Origin: Phoronis australis | Taxonomy: Eukaryota > Animalia > Phoronida | DNA length: 64,000 bases | NCBI GenBank assembly: GCA_002633005.1 | Contig: NMRA01000375.1 | Location: 322,241 to 386,240 of the forward strand | Reading direction: 5' to 3' | Shown: positions 51,217-64,000 of the stretch, piece after piece | How positions within the stretch are numbered: position 1 is the stretch's first letter | Layout of the letters: each line of letters starts with the position of its first letter | Program-made: the position numbers and the translations under genes | Notes under the pieces: model-generated | Seen by the model: the letters and a program-made list of their open reading frames with translations, nothing else | What the model was told of the DNA's origin: nothing | Databases searched by the model: none

Positions 51217-51566
51217 AGCTGTATTTCGTTCTGCATAACTGACTAAAAAGGAAAACCGAATTTGTCCTTTTACTCAAATGGAATTGTGACTCATAACATA
51301 CCTTTAGTGATAGTACTCTATTTCCGTTACTGGCTCACGTCACAGGCAATGCGCAATTCGGATGTGTAGTGACGGCGTGTCATGGCAGTGGATGACACAA
51401 TTTGGACCCGAAAATAAGAATAGAATGCCGTCAAACTGGGTCCAAAACGTCACAGTGGTAACGGAGGTAGAATCTTGTTAGTGTAAGGAACGTTGTGAGA
51501 CTAATTTGATGTGAAAGTAATATGCCTAATCCCATTTTAGCTAATTAATTAGGGCGAAATGCAATT
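51217..51566. mobile_element. Palindromic TTAA-type MITE in the oxygenase intron (relative at ~35570-35793)
   Basis: TTAA then agctgtatttcgttct / agggcgaaatgcaat; internal inverted arms; gtcacaggcaatgcgc and the right arm recur near 35570-35790. Confidence 0.5.
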
Positions 51567-51998
51567 TATAGCCTTTTATAAGTATCGAAAATAGTGTAGT
51601 AGCCTAACCTTCGTAAAAGTGCGTGGACGTTGATAATTCTCATCAGTTCGTTACGACAAGCTAGCTCAATTAGACGATTTTTTTACATGCGCATGATAAA
51701 TCATGATTGTTTCATTACATATAGAATGCTGTAGTTATAGTGCATTCGTTCAGCAGTTTGGACCGGTATATACCAAATAAAGCTGGAGAAATTTCATCAC
51801 TAATTTTTGAGAAATACGTACAGTTAAATTCCACCTTCTGTNACTACCCGGGCTGTGGGCAATGTCGGGGATGTAACGGAGCTCAATAACGCAAGGCTGT
51901 CAAGCTTTATTTTGGCGATAGTCTTTACACAGCTATCTGACCGGTTACGTCATAACCCGCAGTATCACACAAAGGCCTTAACTACTCAGTCCCCGGCG

Positions 51999-52110
51999 GT
52001 CCTGTTTTGTGGTGGGGCGGTCATGTTTTTAGGTGCGTCAGTCCTGTTTTGTGGTGGGACGGTCATGTTTTTAGGTGCGTCAGTCCTGTTTGGGTGAGGC
52101 GGTCATGTTG
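51999..52110. repeat. 42-bp tandem repeat, about 2.7 copies
   Basis: gtcctgttttgtggtgggRcggtcatgtttttaggtgcgtca repeated. Confidence 0.85.
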
Positions 52111-53000
52111 TTTCTCACCCGTGAATTTGTCTAAATCAATTTCTTTGACATAAGCGTGGTTTCATAACAGCTTTGTAGAAGGAAACGTTTCGGGAAACGG
52201 TTCATGCGGACTGTTGTGTGACCTTGGTGAGCTGTGGCAGTTTCGAGTTGACGTTGCTTCATCTGGGTGAAACTACAGAACAAATTGTGTGGCAAGAAAT
52301 TCAGCGTGTTGGTTGGGCCAAAAACCACAATTGGCTCTGGTCAGTTTTTGAAAATCTTTCGAGTTGTTTTGGTGCATCTTTTTAGTTGCTAAAATTTTCA
52401 AAAAAGAATGTCCACCCACGACTGACAAAATACCCTTGTTTACGTGCCTTTGTGAAGTTTTCAGAAACATGAAACCTTGGCCGTGACACGGACTGACGTT
52501 TTTAGACGGAGAGCGCAAGTCTCAAACTGAGTCGGGGTAAAGACCGGAACCAATTTTGTTTTGCAGCCTTAGATTACGTTTTTCACTGTTGGGCACGAAT
52601 AACGCATGACCACATCGGTTCACGATAGTAACGAATTAAAAGATTAACAATTTTCTATAAACTGATTTTTCGAACGTTATTCTGAAGGAAGGAAAACAAT
52701 CGGTTTTAGGACCGAAAACGCATTTTAGGGGTTATTGTTAGGTTCATGGATTACAGACAACAGATGACTTGTGCGTTTCAGGGACTTGCACTATGAAATT
52801 GCGTAAGCCCGATTTCAGGTAAGACACTAGTTAAGACGGTAAATTTTTCACCAATTACCAGGTTTCGCTCCGATAAAAAACGTAGCCTCAAGTTTACAGT
52901 AATCTGCTTAGGACTTCCTTAGCTGCTACCAATTTCACCACCTAATTGATAAAAAAGGGCCCAGGTCTGCGAGTTCTTGTGTTATGTTGTTTTATTTCAG

Positions 53001-53467
53001 GCACCATTCCAGACGTTGCGTTGACGGACGACGGCAAAACGATACAGTGCGGTGATCACTCCGACTCCACTCTGTTGACGTTACTGGAGACTTTCTCATA
53101 CGACGGTCTGGAAATCTTGGATAGCGACAACGTTTGGAAGGCGGTGAAGACTGAGCCGGGTACGCTGGTCATCAACATCGGGGACATGCTGGCTCAGTTC
53201 ACTGGTGGCCGACTTAAGGCGACACGACACAGAGTGATCGACTACGGCGTCGACCGCTACTCCGTGCCGTTTTTCTTGGAGCCCAGTTACCATGCAGATA
53301 TAGGTCGTCCTCCACTGAGACCTGAGACGGACGATATGCAACGTAACATGAAGGCGCAGTTGAATGGCGGAAAGCCGTTGAAGTACGGACACTGGCTGGT
53401 GAGGACTTTCAAAGAAAAGCAGTATGTGGAGTACATGGGACTGGAGAGCGAACTGAAAGAGTTGTGA
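53001..53467 (+). CDS. 2OG-Fe(II) oxygenase, coding exon 2 (spliced product 343 aa)
   Basis: Acceptor tttatttcag|; phase-1 join gives Gly; HSD (HxD), GLEI, NIGDML, ATRHRV (distal His), RYS (RxS), PFFLEP; AATAAA near 53664. Confidence 0.93.
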
Positions 53468-55595
53468 AATCTGTAGCAGAATTCGGGCGGCAGTCACACT
53501 TACAGTGTACAAACGTGATAAACTAATTACTCCAACTGTACCTATACATGTACCATGTTTGCAGACTAAGGGCTTTCACACCTTTAAAAAACACGCAAAC
53601 ATCTATTGTGTAGCTTTGAAACGTACCGTGGAGAGATCATCACATAGACTGCCCATAGAGGAAAATAAAAATTAGTTATCCTGATACATGTGCAATGTGT
53701 GTCATCCTAAACTAGAGACATTTGGACACATTTTTACGATTGTTAATGTTACAAAAGAAAGTGGACTCTGGAAAATTACAATATTCGTGATAAAACCACA
53801 ACATTGTTTTGAACACTTCTTGCGGAGTTGCCAGCATTCGAGAATGACAGAAACAAGAGAACTGTGAAAAGCGTGATTTCCGGATAAAAGCAGGGTATCT
53901 GGGTTTATGCCAAAACGCAAGTTTGAAATGGTCGCCGAAGCACATAAAACGTCCCGACAGCGTTTTTTGTCGAACGGGAAACGTAACAATCAAAAGATCC
54001 CGACGGCGATTTTTATTTTTTTGAAGTCACAGGGAAATTGCTTGTGTCTCAAAAACCCATATGAAAGACCTCGTTTTTTTCTGTAGGGCTATGTCGCGTG
54101 GAAAATAACAATAGCTTACGATAATATTTCAATTTCGCAGTGTGTCAAAAAGCCAGATGGCGTGGCGGGATGGCGGCCAAAAATATCAAAGGTTAGGATA
54201 GTCCGCCAAGAGCGGAACAACTGGCAAGCACGCTGTCAGCAACCCAAGATAAACTTTTAAATTAAAATTTTATTTCACGGGTATACTAGGTAAATACTGC
54301 AGATAACATTGCTGCTCAGAAATAGAATCAACAAAAAGCATACGGGCAACAGGTAAACTTTGCATAAATGAATTATTATAGAAACAGTTGAAAATAATAA
54401 CATTGATAGGCCTATACACACAAACTTAGCTACGCAACTGCGAGTATCGGAAATCACCTAAGAACACTTGTTGGTAGAGCTTAAACTTCTCACTTGTAAT
54501 TGTAAAACAAACACTCAAAAACCAAATGCCACCACTTTCTGTAAAACACAGCATCAGAATTTTATCTGCCAAAAACTTCTAATATGTAGTCTGACTCGGT
54601 TGTCGAAAGTTATTCAAATACTGGAGATAAAAAGATCTGTGGCCAGACCCGATTAGACCGGCCCAGCCAGGTCGGTACGTATTAGAATGGCCAGTGTAAT
54701 TGTCGGGTTTCTTGAATAATTTTGCCGAAAAATCGCTGGTTGTCTGCCGAATCGTACCTCCAGAGTCTGGCTTGATGAACAAAAGTGACAAAATGAAAGC
54801 GAAACCGAATCAGGCTTGACTTGCTACAACGCGGCTAGTCCCGGAGTGGCAAGATCATACATGGGTCATGTGCGGAATGTAGCATTACATAAAATACAGT
54901 CAGCAGGACTTCCTCGCGCTTGAGCACTGAACTGACCATGAGACAGCACAGCTAACCAGTATCAACGAGTGATATGTTGAGTGGGGCTTGGTTGTGGTTC
55001 GTATCCGTTTGAATGAACTTGGATATGGAATTCGCTGCAGGATGGATTCGTTAAGAAGTTGTTTGCATGTCTTTCAGACTCAGGCTGGGAGAATGCATGT
55101 GTTTTAGTGACTTGGTTAGGGTCGCAGTCGACGCCGAACCGGCTCACGGTTCAGTGACCCGCTTTCAGTTTAGCTTATTTTGTTAGTGTGGCTTCGAAGT
55201 CTGAGTGTCCCATCGTTTTTGTTGCCGCAGTATACCGTGTACACTGATTACAGTTGCGACACCTGATTTGTCAATCATAACCTTGTCTCCTTCACGGAAT
55301 TCTGGGCATTGTTTAGCTGTTATAGTGTTTTGCCATTGGCGGANTCGCTAAGTAATATCAAAACTCAACTGACTACAATATTTACCTCTGGATTCTGTCT
55401 CACTGGCTGCGCGGTGACGGTTGTGTTCAAGGGTGCATCATGGAGCTGGCATAAATTTAAATAAATTACGAATGACAACAGATGTACGGATGATACGAGA
55501 AAGTAAAAAACCTAGGGCATCTCGTGGTCAACACTCAACGAGTATTAGAGCGGCGAAGGTGCCAGGTGTGGTTCGACGAGACGCCACCTGGTGAC

Positions 55596-55618
55596 CAGGA
55601 AGTGGGAACAGGAAGTTG
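55596..55618 (+). promoter_or_regulatory. Tandem ETS-like (CAGGAAGT) sites just upstream of the APEX2 start
   Basis: ccaggaagtgg and acaggaagttg 40-65 nt upstream of the ATG in a CpG-containing segment. Confidence 0.35.
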
Positions 55619-55659
55619 TTTTTTCGAACAGCGCCGCATACAAAAGTCAAATATTAGAA

Positions 55660-55774
55660 ATGAAGATTTTGACTTGGAATTTGAATGGAATTCGCTCATT
55701 TAAAGAACCTCTTAAAGTCTTACTTGATTCTTTAGATGCTGATATAATCTGCCTTCAAGAAACTAAAGTAACGC
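55660..55774 (+). CDS. APEX2: AP endonuclease 2, exon 1
   Basis: [27 protein letters not shown]; donor C|gtaagt. Confidence 0.92.
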
Positions 55775-56128
55775 GTAAGTCTTTTACGAACAATTGCTTG
55801 AAAACTTAAAGCAAAAGATTTGGCGCGCAAATCGAGTGTTTGAAAACGAAACTAACCCACGGCCACATGCGTTCTATTAGTCTCCGATACATCATGTAAT
55901 ATTTATACATCATGTAATATTATAATTCATTGGATACGATCAAAAGCTAAGGACACCTGAGAAATAATCTTGCCTAAATCATGGACTCACTCAAACCAAA
56001 TAAAGCCTACTAAACGATCGGTGTCGAAAGTGAGGACAGTTCTACGCACAGGCTGCCACAGGCGCTTGACTCGAGTTTATCTGTTCCTTGATCGTAAATG
56101 ACGTCACTCAATACTAAGACAACATTAA

Positions 56129-57106
56129 GGTTGGACACTCAAAATCTGTTTGCTCAGAATTCTCTACTCAAATGTGCATGGAACTCCAAGAAACTATCAT
56201 CGAACAAGTCTTAGAATACCTTCTTTCATTTGATCTCTTCAAATTGCCTTCGACTTCGAGTGGTGATTTGACTACAAAAATGCCAAAAGAATGTCAAAAT
56301 CACAAATTCAAGGACCTTATTCCGTGATGTCATGGCAGACGGTCTTCGCACATTCGGGTTTTTGGCGGACGCTCCCGAGCTAAATCCGAAAGTCTATTTT
56401 CGCGCGCCTTTCGTCGTCAATCCCTCGACTACTTGGGCATGAGAAGCAGAGAGCACTTTAAAAATATCATTGCCAAATGTATGTAACTACTCAGATATTT
56501 GTGTCAAATATACTGATACTGTATTGATATGCGAAGTTTGCCAAAACCATTGAGTTAACTTGTCGGCCACGCGCATTGTAATATTTGCACGGACTGCATT
56601 TCCTGGCCGAGTGTGTGTTGTGTTTCAATCATAAAAAATGCGTGATGTCAAGATGAGAAACAAGATACGTACGCCAGTTTATGCAACAAACTTCTAAGTT
56701 AAGGGCTAAAATGAACTGTGAGTGGAATAAAGTTACAAATAATCATTAAAATACTAACTTTAACATTCTCAATTAGTTGAGTTTTGGATTAGAATTATTG
56801 AATTTGAAATACAGGTAGCTTGCTCAAACTCGAAGTTTCACCTACGACAGGCGTACAAGTTGAAGCACAACTGAAATCCACCATGTTTAACTTAATGTTT
56901 TAGGTCCTTGAATTCAGAGTTTTGAGATTGTTTTGGAAGTTCCATCGCCAATTCACCACTCACGAGGACAGTTATTTGGATCTAGGAAATATAAGGCTTC
57001 GAAGGTTTATGCATTACCAGACTGAGGGATGTGCACGCAGATTTTATTTGGATTTTGGACAGTTGAAATTGGGAGCCTCGGCTTGGCAAAGTTTAAGTGT
57101 CCAACC
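56129..57106. mobile_element. TTAA-type non-autonomous DNA element in APEX2 intron 1
   Basis: TIR GGTTGGACACT / AGTGTCCAACC (11/11); TTAA on the left, TTTG on the right. Confidence 0.6.
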
Positions 57107-59682
57107 TTTGTGTTTCTCATATATGGTTATGAGTCATCGGGGAATTCGAGCCCCTGTGGTTCTACGTAGGAATATTGATGCGTGACTTATGTAAAGTCCG
57201 GTCAAACTGTGATGGCTTGCAAACCGTGCAATATTGATTAGCACATTACTGATTAAATCTACCTGGAATAGCCTAGAATAGGATGTAGGATCACAACAAC
57301 AAGCATTTACAGAAGATGCTAGTTTCTGATAAAAAGTATAAAGAATGAACTAAGATAGGTACAAAGACAAGGCAGAAGAAGTATTTAAAAAAGATGACGT
57401 AATAAATAAATAAGGGTTACAGGAAGAGTTATGACTTGTACCTGGAACCAAAGTTTCTAAGTAAGACATGTACACTAAAGCACGACCTGACAGAAATGAC
57501 TTATCCTGCTTGTGAGCAGATGGAAAAAGCATCGAATGTAGAACCAAAATAGATAAGAATGTAACAGAGAACATTTATGATGGAATTTATTAGGCACATG
57601 CCATTTCGAGGAAATTGTGCCGCCAGGTCATGCCAGTTCACGAACAAAAAGTCCAAGGGATACAAATCTTGCTCCGGTAGATGGCCTTTTAGCCACATCA
57701 AACGCACCACTCTTCTGTTGCCGTGGCCTAACAAGGGAACTTCCCAGTTGGCCTTACTTGTGTTGACATCACCTATGCTTGTCAGTTATTTTTATATGTG
57801 GTAAAAAATTAACAGCGACCCCAAAGTAGAGTTGGAATTCTTTGCAAAATCTCTCGCAATTCCCATAGACATGCTTCATGAACCAGAAAAGATTGTGGAA
57901 ATAAGTGTTTTCATTGTTCTGTAATTTTTTAATTGTAAATTGTATTTTTTGACCAGGTGAAAACTTCTTACTTTAAAGTTATAATTTTGCTAACACCATT
58001 TAGAATACTTGAATGCATACCTTCTTACCCGTAATATGGAGATATGGCCTAATGGGCTAATGACTGTGTTTTTTGAGAAAACTTAAAAACGCAAGTGACC
58101 AAGGCTGGTTATCATTTTTTGTTTTTGCCAATCAGTCACCGACTAAGGTTATAAGGTATTGCTTGGTTAAAAGCATTCCATAGAAATTATATTAAATAAA
58201 TAATTGGACAAAAAAGCTTATATTTGAATAAATGCTTTTTCTCATGCTATGATACAAATGGGCCAGACTATAAGGCTATTGCCGTACATTAATATATGAG
58301 GGTATACTCTACTATAAGACCATGTCCGTGTATTCTGGGTAATTTGGTACATAATGTGGTAGGGAATATGCTCACCCCAATGTTGCCTGCTTGCATCAGC
58401 AGCGATATGATGATTGAGGACAAGCCTCAAATCAATTGCTCACCTTGTATGGCCTATGACTATGGATCATTACTTTATATTTATCTCTGTGAGGTGACTT
58501 TACTCCTCGCTAGAAACTACGAAAAGTTAAAGTATTTCGAGACATTTATTTTCATGCTAAGTTATTCATTGAATACGTAACCAACATTACACACCACATT
58601 TTTTTCTCGTAAAGTTTGCACTGTATTCTCGCGCATCAATATAAGTCGTTCGGCCGTGCGGATTTTTTTTGATATTTTTTCATTCATTTGTTTGAGTTGC
58701 TACGGAGCTATGCAAACAAATTAAGGAAGTTTGCGCTAAGTTTTATCTGGTTTGCATGTTCAACGACATTGGTGGCATTTGCACGGCAGGTCAGTGCTAG
58801 AATTTTGTCGGGTATCATTTTTTCGAAGTGTACGTTCGTCCGTTGGCTATTTCAAATTGGCTGCTCCGTCGAATATATCGAGTGGCGCTTCAACTTCTGC
58901 GTCGGCAACTAGCATTAGGAGTACGGCAAATCCTTTGAACTTCGGGTGTGGGTTCTTCAATTTCAAAGATTAAGTGTCCATGTACGGGTAGTTAGCGCTG
59001 GATGCAACTTTTCTTGACACTAGTCGTGCGGGGGATTCTGTATGAAGTCATCTTGATGTCACAGAATAGGAAGGTATTCCCCAAAGATGGCTGCCAGTAT
59101 TTGCCGATCGTCATGACGTCATTGTGACATTTATAGTAAAAATAGACGGCAAAAGTTTCTAATGTCGAGTTATTTCTTAATATTTAGCGAACTTAATTAA
59201 TGAATTGTAGGTTTCAATGAAATTTATTAATAATAAATGTTAAAATTCTTCGTTTAGACTTCATTTTCACCCAGGTTGTTTTGGAACAGGCCATCTTTTT
59301 CCCGTCTTGGCCGTGCCGTCCAAAGCCGTCATTTTTTTCAAAGGGCCGTCCCAAGGACGGCCAGGACGGCCGCTAGATGAGTCCCTGCTGTGTCGCCAAA
59401 ATGACAGTACTGTGATATATATTTATTGAAGGATACACAGAACATACAAAGAAATAATAACAAACCCAGAAACCGCGAAGCATTATATCTGGGTTGTAAA
59501 TGACAGTTATATTTTGACTTCAGCAACTCTGATTCAACTAGCAAAACTATATGACCTTTTTGATGCTACTCAACATTTTTGTCATTGTTTATAATACAAA
59601 TGAGAAGAGCCAAATGCACTATAATTGCAGATCAACTTTTGTGTCATCTATAGTGCTTGCTCATTGTCTTTTGTTTTTTCAG

Positions 59683-59766
59683 GTGACCAGCTTGATGACA
59701 CAGTGGCCATCGCTGAAGGATATAACAGTTACTTCAGCTTTTCAAGAGTACGGAGTGGCTATTCAG
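59683..59766 (+). CDS. APEX2: AP endonuclease 2, exon 2
   Basis: ttttttcag| (R)DQLDDTVAIAEGYNSYFSFSRVRSGYS(G) |gtaat; phases match exons 1 and 3. Confidence 0.92.
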
Positions 59767-60030
59767 GTAATATTTCTCTCTAGTACGCGGTGGCTGTTTT
59801 AGGAGTATTTGTCTTTAGTGCGGAGTGGCTATTCAAGTGATATTTCTCTCTAGTACACAGTGGCTATTAAGGTTACGTTTCTCTGTAGTACAAAGTGGCT
59901 ATTAGTTAGGAATATTTGTCTCTAGTATGGAGTGGCTATTGAGGTAATGTTTCTCTCTATTAAGAAGTGGATATTAAATGAGGTGGGTATTCAGGTCATA
60001 TTTCTCTCCAGTATTGAGTGACTATAGATT
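59747..60030 (+). repeat. 35-bp minisatellite derived from the APEX2 exon 2/intron 2 junction
   Basis: Units start at 59747, 59782, 59817, 59852, 59887, 59924; consensus agtacggagtggctattcaggtaatatttctctct; orphan unit near 60214-60246. Confidence 0.85.
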
Positions 60031-61156
60031 CAGGTGTCTGATTCACATATTTCTACACAGAGTCCAAGGCGAGACTTAGACTATGCCAGAACACAAGTCT
60101 GATAATCTTCATTTAGACTGTGTGATTAAAAATTATCATCAAGTTGTGTCATTTCAGTAATATCTCATTCTAGCATAGACAGGCTATCATGTAATGTCTT
60201 GCGTTCTTTCCTATAAAGAGTGGCTATTCAGGTAATATCTCTCCCTTTCTTGCTGAATATACAATTTATCTCGTGCTGTGAACATTCGAATAATTTTGTC
60301 TAAATTATAACTCATCACTAATTTTGCATAAAAATGGTTGCCTAAATTGCCACTTTTTCATTTTTCAAGATTGATTGCTTGTTTGTAAATATTGGAAACT
60401 TCATCGAATATTCTACACAGCATAAATCTAGTTATATGCTAAAATTACCTTTATCTTTATTTCCGTGGAGAATTTTGGCAAATTAATATCCCATTTGTGT
60501 GCTGAAAAACTAAAGAATTGCCATAACTGAATACACAGATAATGCCTTAACATCCAATTAAATGAAATTTCTACAATTGTTGAATATTTTGCCACGTTAT
60601 TTAATTTAAGATGAATTACTAAATAACTAAACACCGTTTTTAAACAAAGTAGTCAGAATTGGAGCATTCCCAAATTTATCCAAGGTTAACCCCCCAGTGT
60701 ATTATATGTAATACATAGTATAGAACATAGATATTATGAATTAACTTGTGATAAAATTTCTTCAAGAAAGAGCACAATGTGGCTGAACAGTGAAATTTTA
60801 TAATTAATAATAACTATTGAAAAAACTACCTTCACTTTTGGTGCAGCTGTCGTCATCAAACCCTTGATGGAACATGCAATAGAAAAATGACACTCTGGTT
60901 ATTCTTTAGGAAACATTACTTTGCACTATTCAAAGACATAGTCTTGGCAGATGCCTCATTAGAAATGTAGTTGGTGTATTGCAACCCTTGATTTCAAATG
61001 TTCCCAACCAGGGGAATTTTCGAATGTTTTTTTTTTTGCTATCTCAGAAATTTTTGTTTGGCAAATTGTAATCTTAATTGACCTTTGCTATATAAAGTTG
61101 TCTGATGTGAGATGCATAGGCTTGTTATGAAATTGGTATCCACTCTGTACTTGTAG

Positions 61157-61334
61157 GTGTTGCTACATTTTGTAAAAATCACGTGACCCCATTTAAGGCG
61201 GAAGATGGGTTGACAGGTCTAAAAGTTGACGCTGACTCAGTTGGTTGCTATGGTGACCTGTCAGACTTCACAGAGAAAGAGCTAAAGGCTCTTGACAATG
61301 AAGGACGCTGTGTAATAACTCAACACAAAATCAG
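61157..61334 (+). CDS. APEX2: AP endonuclease 2, exon 3
   Basis: ttgtag| (G)VATFCK..TPFKAEDGLTG..VGCYGD..LDNEGRCVITQHKI |gtaatt. Confidence 0.92.
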
Positions 61335-62845
61335 GTAATTTCAGGTGACAGCTTTCATTGCCTTCTTTATTAACGCCAACACTCCCCTTTAGGTGTCGGG
61401 CTATAAACTAAAGTTCAATGTCAAAAGCCAACTCACAGATTTCCATCCCCATCCTGCGTAAAAAATAATTACGGATGGTCCGATACAGGCCGCTTTGGTG
61501 GGCCCATTGCACTGATCATTTGCAACCACTTTTATGCTTTATTGATATAGAGATAAAACTGATCTGAGAAGCTAGCTCGGCGGTTGAGCAGTGTGCCCCT
61601 GTGGGACTAGAGTCCACAACCTTGAGTAAATGAAGTGGAAACCCATGCCATTAATCCACAGTGCCTCTTCTTTATCTTGCATATGAGAATGCCATCCACA
61701 CAACAGGACTTGTGATTTTAACTGACTTGAGCAAGAGTGATTCCTGCAGACAACTGGGGCTACAACAGTATGTTTTCTCCAGTACATATATTATCCTTGA
61801 GACAACACAGTTTCATCTGTGTAAAGTTGGCTTAAAGCCTGCTGACTCCTTTATTGATGTTTTCATGAACTCAACACATGAGGTAATGTACAGTACCAGT
61901 TTTGGACAAAAATGGCCAGAACTGACCCTTTTCATTTTTGAAAAATTTCTAACATTATTTTGTATGCTCACACTTTCTCAAAACATTGTCTGACGGTAGA
62001 TTTGTGTGTCTTGGAACTTTAAAACGATAGAGCCTTCCTTTGGTGTTAATTTATCATTTACAATGAAATTTCACTTGTGTGCCACACTGCGCCCTAAACT
62101 GGTCATAGTTTACCCTACTGCTGACCTTTGCTAACAATTGTCATTAAATGTTCGGCTCTGTCAGTATGTTTACAAGACTTCTCCCTATCAGAAAAGTAAA
62201 AATCAACTCAATTCCATAACAGTGCTAGCCCTGGGGTCCATTTCATAAAAAAGTAACGTAAATAGTCCTAAAAGACTTAAAACAGAAATCAAGAAATAGT
62301 TCATAGAAGTTATCTCCCTAACTAGCAATAATGCGCATGTTCTTAGAGATTTTTGGCTCAAGTGGGCTTTAATTATTTTTCAAAAATAGTTGTGAGGAGC
62401 ATATTACCAAATTTCTGACTTAAAGCGTTGAGCGACCTTTCACAAAACAGGATTCAGACTATTCCTAGTGCTCGACCCTCTCACAACAAGCTCTTAAAGT
62501 ACCATGTAATACAACCAGTCATCTGCTGCTACTATTGGTGAGATGAATGAATAAGCCAGGTAAAGTCTGTGTACAATCAGGGCTTAAGAATAATGCTTCC
62601 CATTGCTGTTCATACAAAATCGGATGCTTCCCATTGCTGTTCATACAAAATCTGATTCAGATCAGTCCCTGTTGAAATGGTTTATCAAGAGGTGTCTTAG
62701 GCTTCTTCTCTTTGAAGTTGCCTATGCACAGTGCAGGATAAACTTAAAGAAATTTTCGTTAACGAGATGTAATTAAAATTAACTTGATGTTTTAGTTACT
62801 CAATTTGAATTATGTTTCCACCATGAATTACTTGCCTGTTTGTAG

Positions 62846-62989
62846 CCACGCTAACAGGGACCAGGTACTGACGATCATCAACGTATACTGTCCACGCGCT
62901 GACCCTGACAAACCTGACAGGCTCACTTTCAAACTGCAGTTCTACGAGCTGCTTCAGCGCCGTGCAGAAGAGCTCCTTAAGAATGGCAG
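62846..62989 (+). CDS. APEX2: AP endonuclease 2, exon 4 (gene continues beyond the window)
   Basis: tttgtag| ..LTIINVYCPRADPDKPDRLTFKLQFYELLQRRAEELLKNG |gtaaac; an in-frame alternative acceptor lies 12 nt downstream (62857). Confidence 0.9.
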
Positions 62990-64000
62990 GTAAACATGGT
63001 ACATCTGTAGCTTACCTGTTGGACGCTAGGGTTCCAGATAACGCATGGGTTGTGTTAAGTGCAAATTTAAATGTGGTTTTACAATGCTGATGTGTTTTTG
63101 TTGAGGGGTGCAAAGGTTGCAGTGCACACTTGCCCATTGAGCATGTTGAAACTCGATAGAATAGGTTTTTCATTGTTTGTGACATGTTGAGCAGGTGAAA
63201 TTTACTTACTACAAGCATTTGTTTCGAAGGATTCGAACATTCCCACCTCCAGTTAAGGATTTCTTCTGAATCAGTGAATGGATTTTGCGCTATTCAATCT
63301 CAGTAGCACACTCATGATGCAGTAAAAAGTACAAATTTATTGATGTCATTGGATTGGAATTATGGGCAAGGTGCTGAACAATTTTATCTTTTCTTTTCAA
63401 GAGCAGACTACCTTGAGTGAGGCTCGTAATTTTCCTTTATAAGATGATTTCCTCTTTGTTGCTTTCGAGTTCCTCTTACTTGATTTCCAGTTTCCTCTTT
63501 CTTGTCTCTTTTGTCAGCATTTTGACTTTCTTGATGTAAAAACATTTCTTGTTGATAAATTTTACAAAAATACCTCTATCACAAATAAGTCTATTTATTT
63601 GTAAGACCATACGTCACCTGGAAAATTTTCCTCTATTTAGTTACAGTTCATTACAAGTCTTGCTTGATGTAAATAATGAAGAAGTACCCAATGATGTTTT
63701 GAGACAGACAAAATAATCTTACGTTAATAATGAAGTACGATAAAATCTCGCTAATTTTGGGACAAAAAGTTAGTGCCAAAAATTGCCCTTTTATCATTTT
63801 TGAAGGTCTTTTTACATTGTTCTGAGTGCCTTGAAGTTTTCATTTTTGTGATGGTAGATATACTGTAACTCAGAACTTGACCATTCTAAAGCATTAAACT
63901 ATTACTTCATATATTTTTATGAAAAAATGAAAAAAAATCATGTATCGGCCATATTGTGTTCTACAAAAGGGGTGAGACGTTACCATATAGTTGTCTGTAG

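Noticed and set aside
50383-53467. Beta-lactam biosynthetic cluster around an IPNS
   Set aside because: Only family-level similarity is visible and there is no ACV synthetase or other pathway gene in the window.
59747-60030. CRISPR array suggested by the 35-bp period
   Set aside because: Head-to-tail degenerate units with no unique spacers; derived from an exon junction.
55660-62989. LINE-type apurinic endonuclease rather than a host gene
   Set aside because: Spliced across four phase-compatible exons with APEX2-specific motifs (GYSGVATFC, LDNEGR, INVYCP) and no adjacent RT.

Overview
AT-rich, repeat-dense animal (probably marine invertebrate/lophotrochozoan) genomic DNA with spliceosomal introns and several assembly joins (N at 341, 20320-20354, 29944, 45936, 51842, 55344). 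Supported genes: two tandem G-protein gamma subunit paralogues (12591-12800, 18788-19012); an intronless minus-strand pseudokinase (32859-34835); a basic orphan ORF and a divergent rolling-stone-like membrane protein (37921-39833); a two-exon 2OG-Fe(II)/IPNS-family oxygenase (50383-53467); and the first four exons of APEX2 (55660-62989, running off the window). Mobile DNA includes a decayed long-TIR DDE transposon, TTAA-target (Kolobok-like) elements, CATG-ended MITEs with 5-bp TSDs, Helentron/HINE-like repeat arrays, an RTE-like fragment and a 5'-truncated Hero/NeSL-type RLE non-LTR retrotransposon nested in a palindromic MITE. The most notable observations are: (1) a five-helix RNA at the 3' end of the RLE element that has hammerhead core motifs in a non-canonical order; (2) arrays of co-oriented CTCF-like motifs inside the HINE-like repeats; (3) a cluster of intronless, apparently catalytically degenerate genes with paired CRE-like sites; (4) a minisatellite amplified from the APEX2 exon 2 donor junction. 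All calls are by eye; no searches or folding were run.
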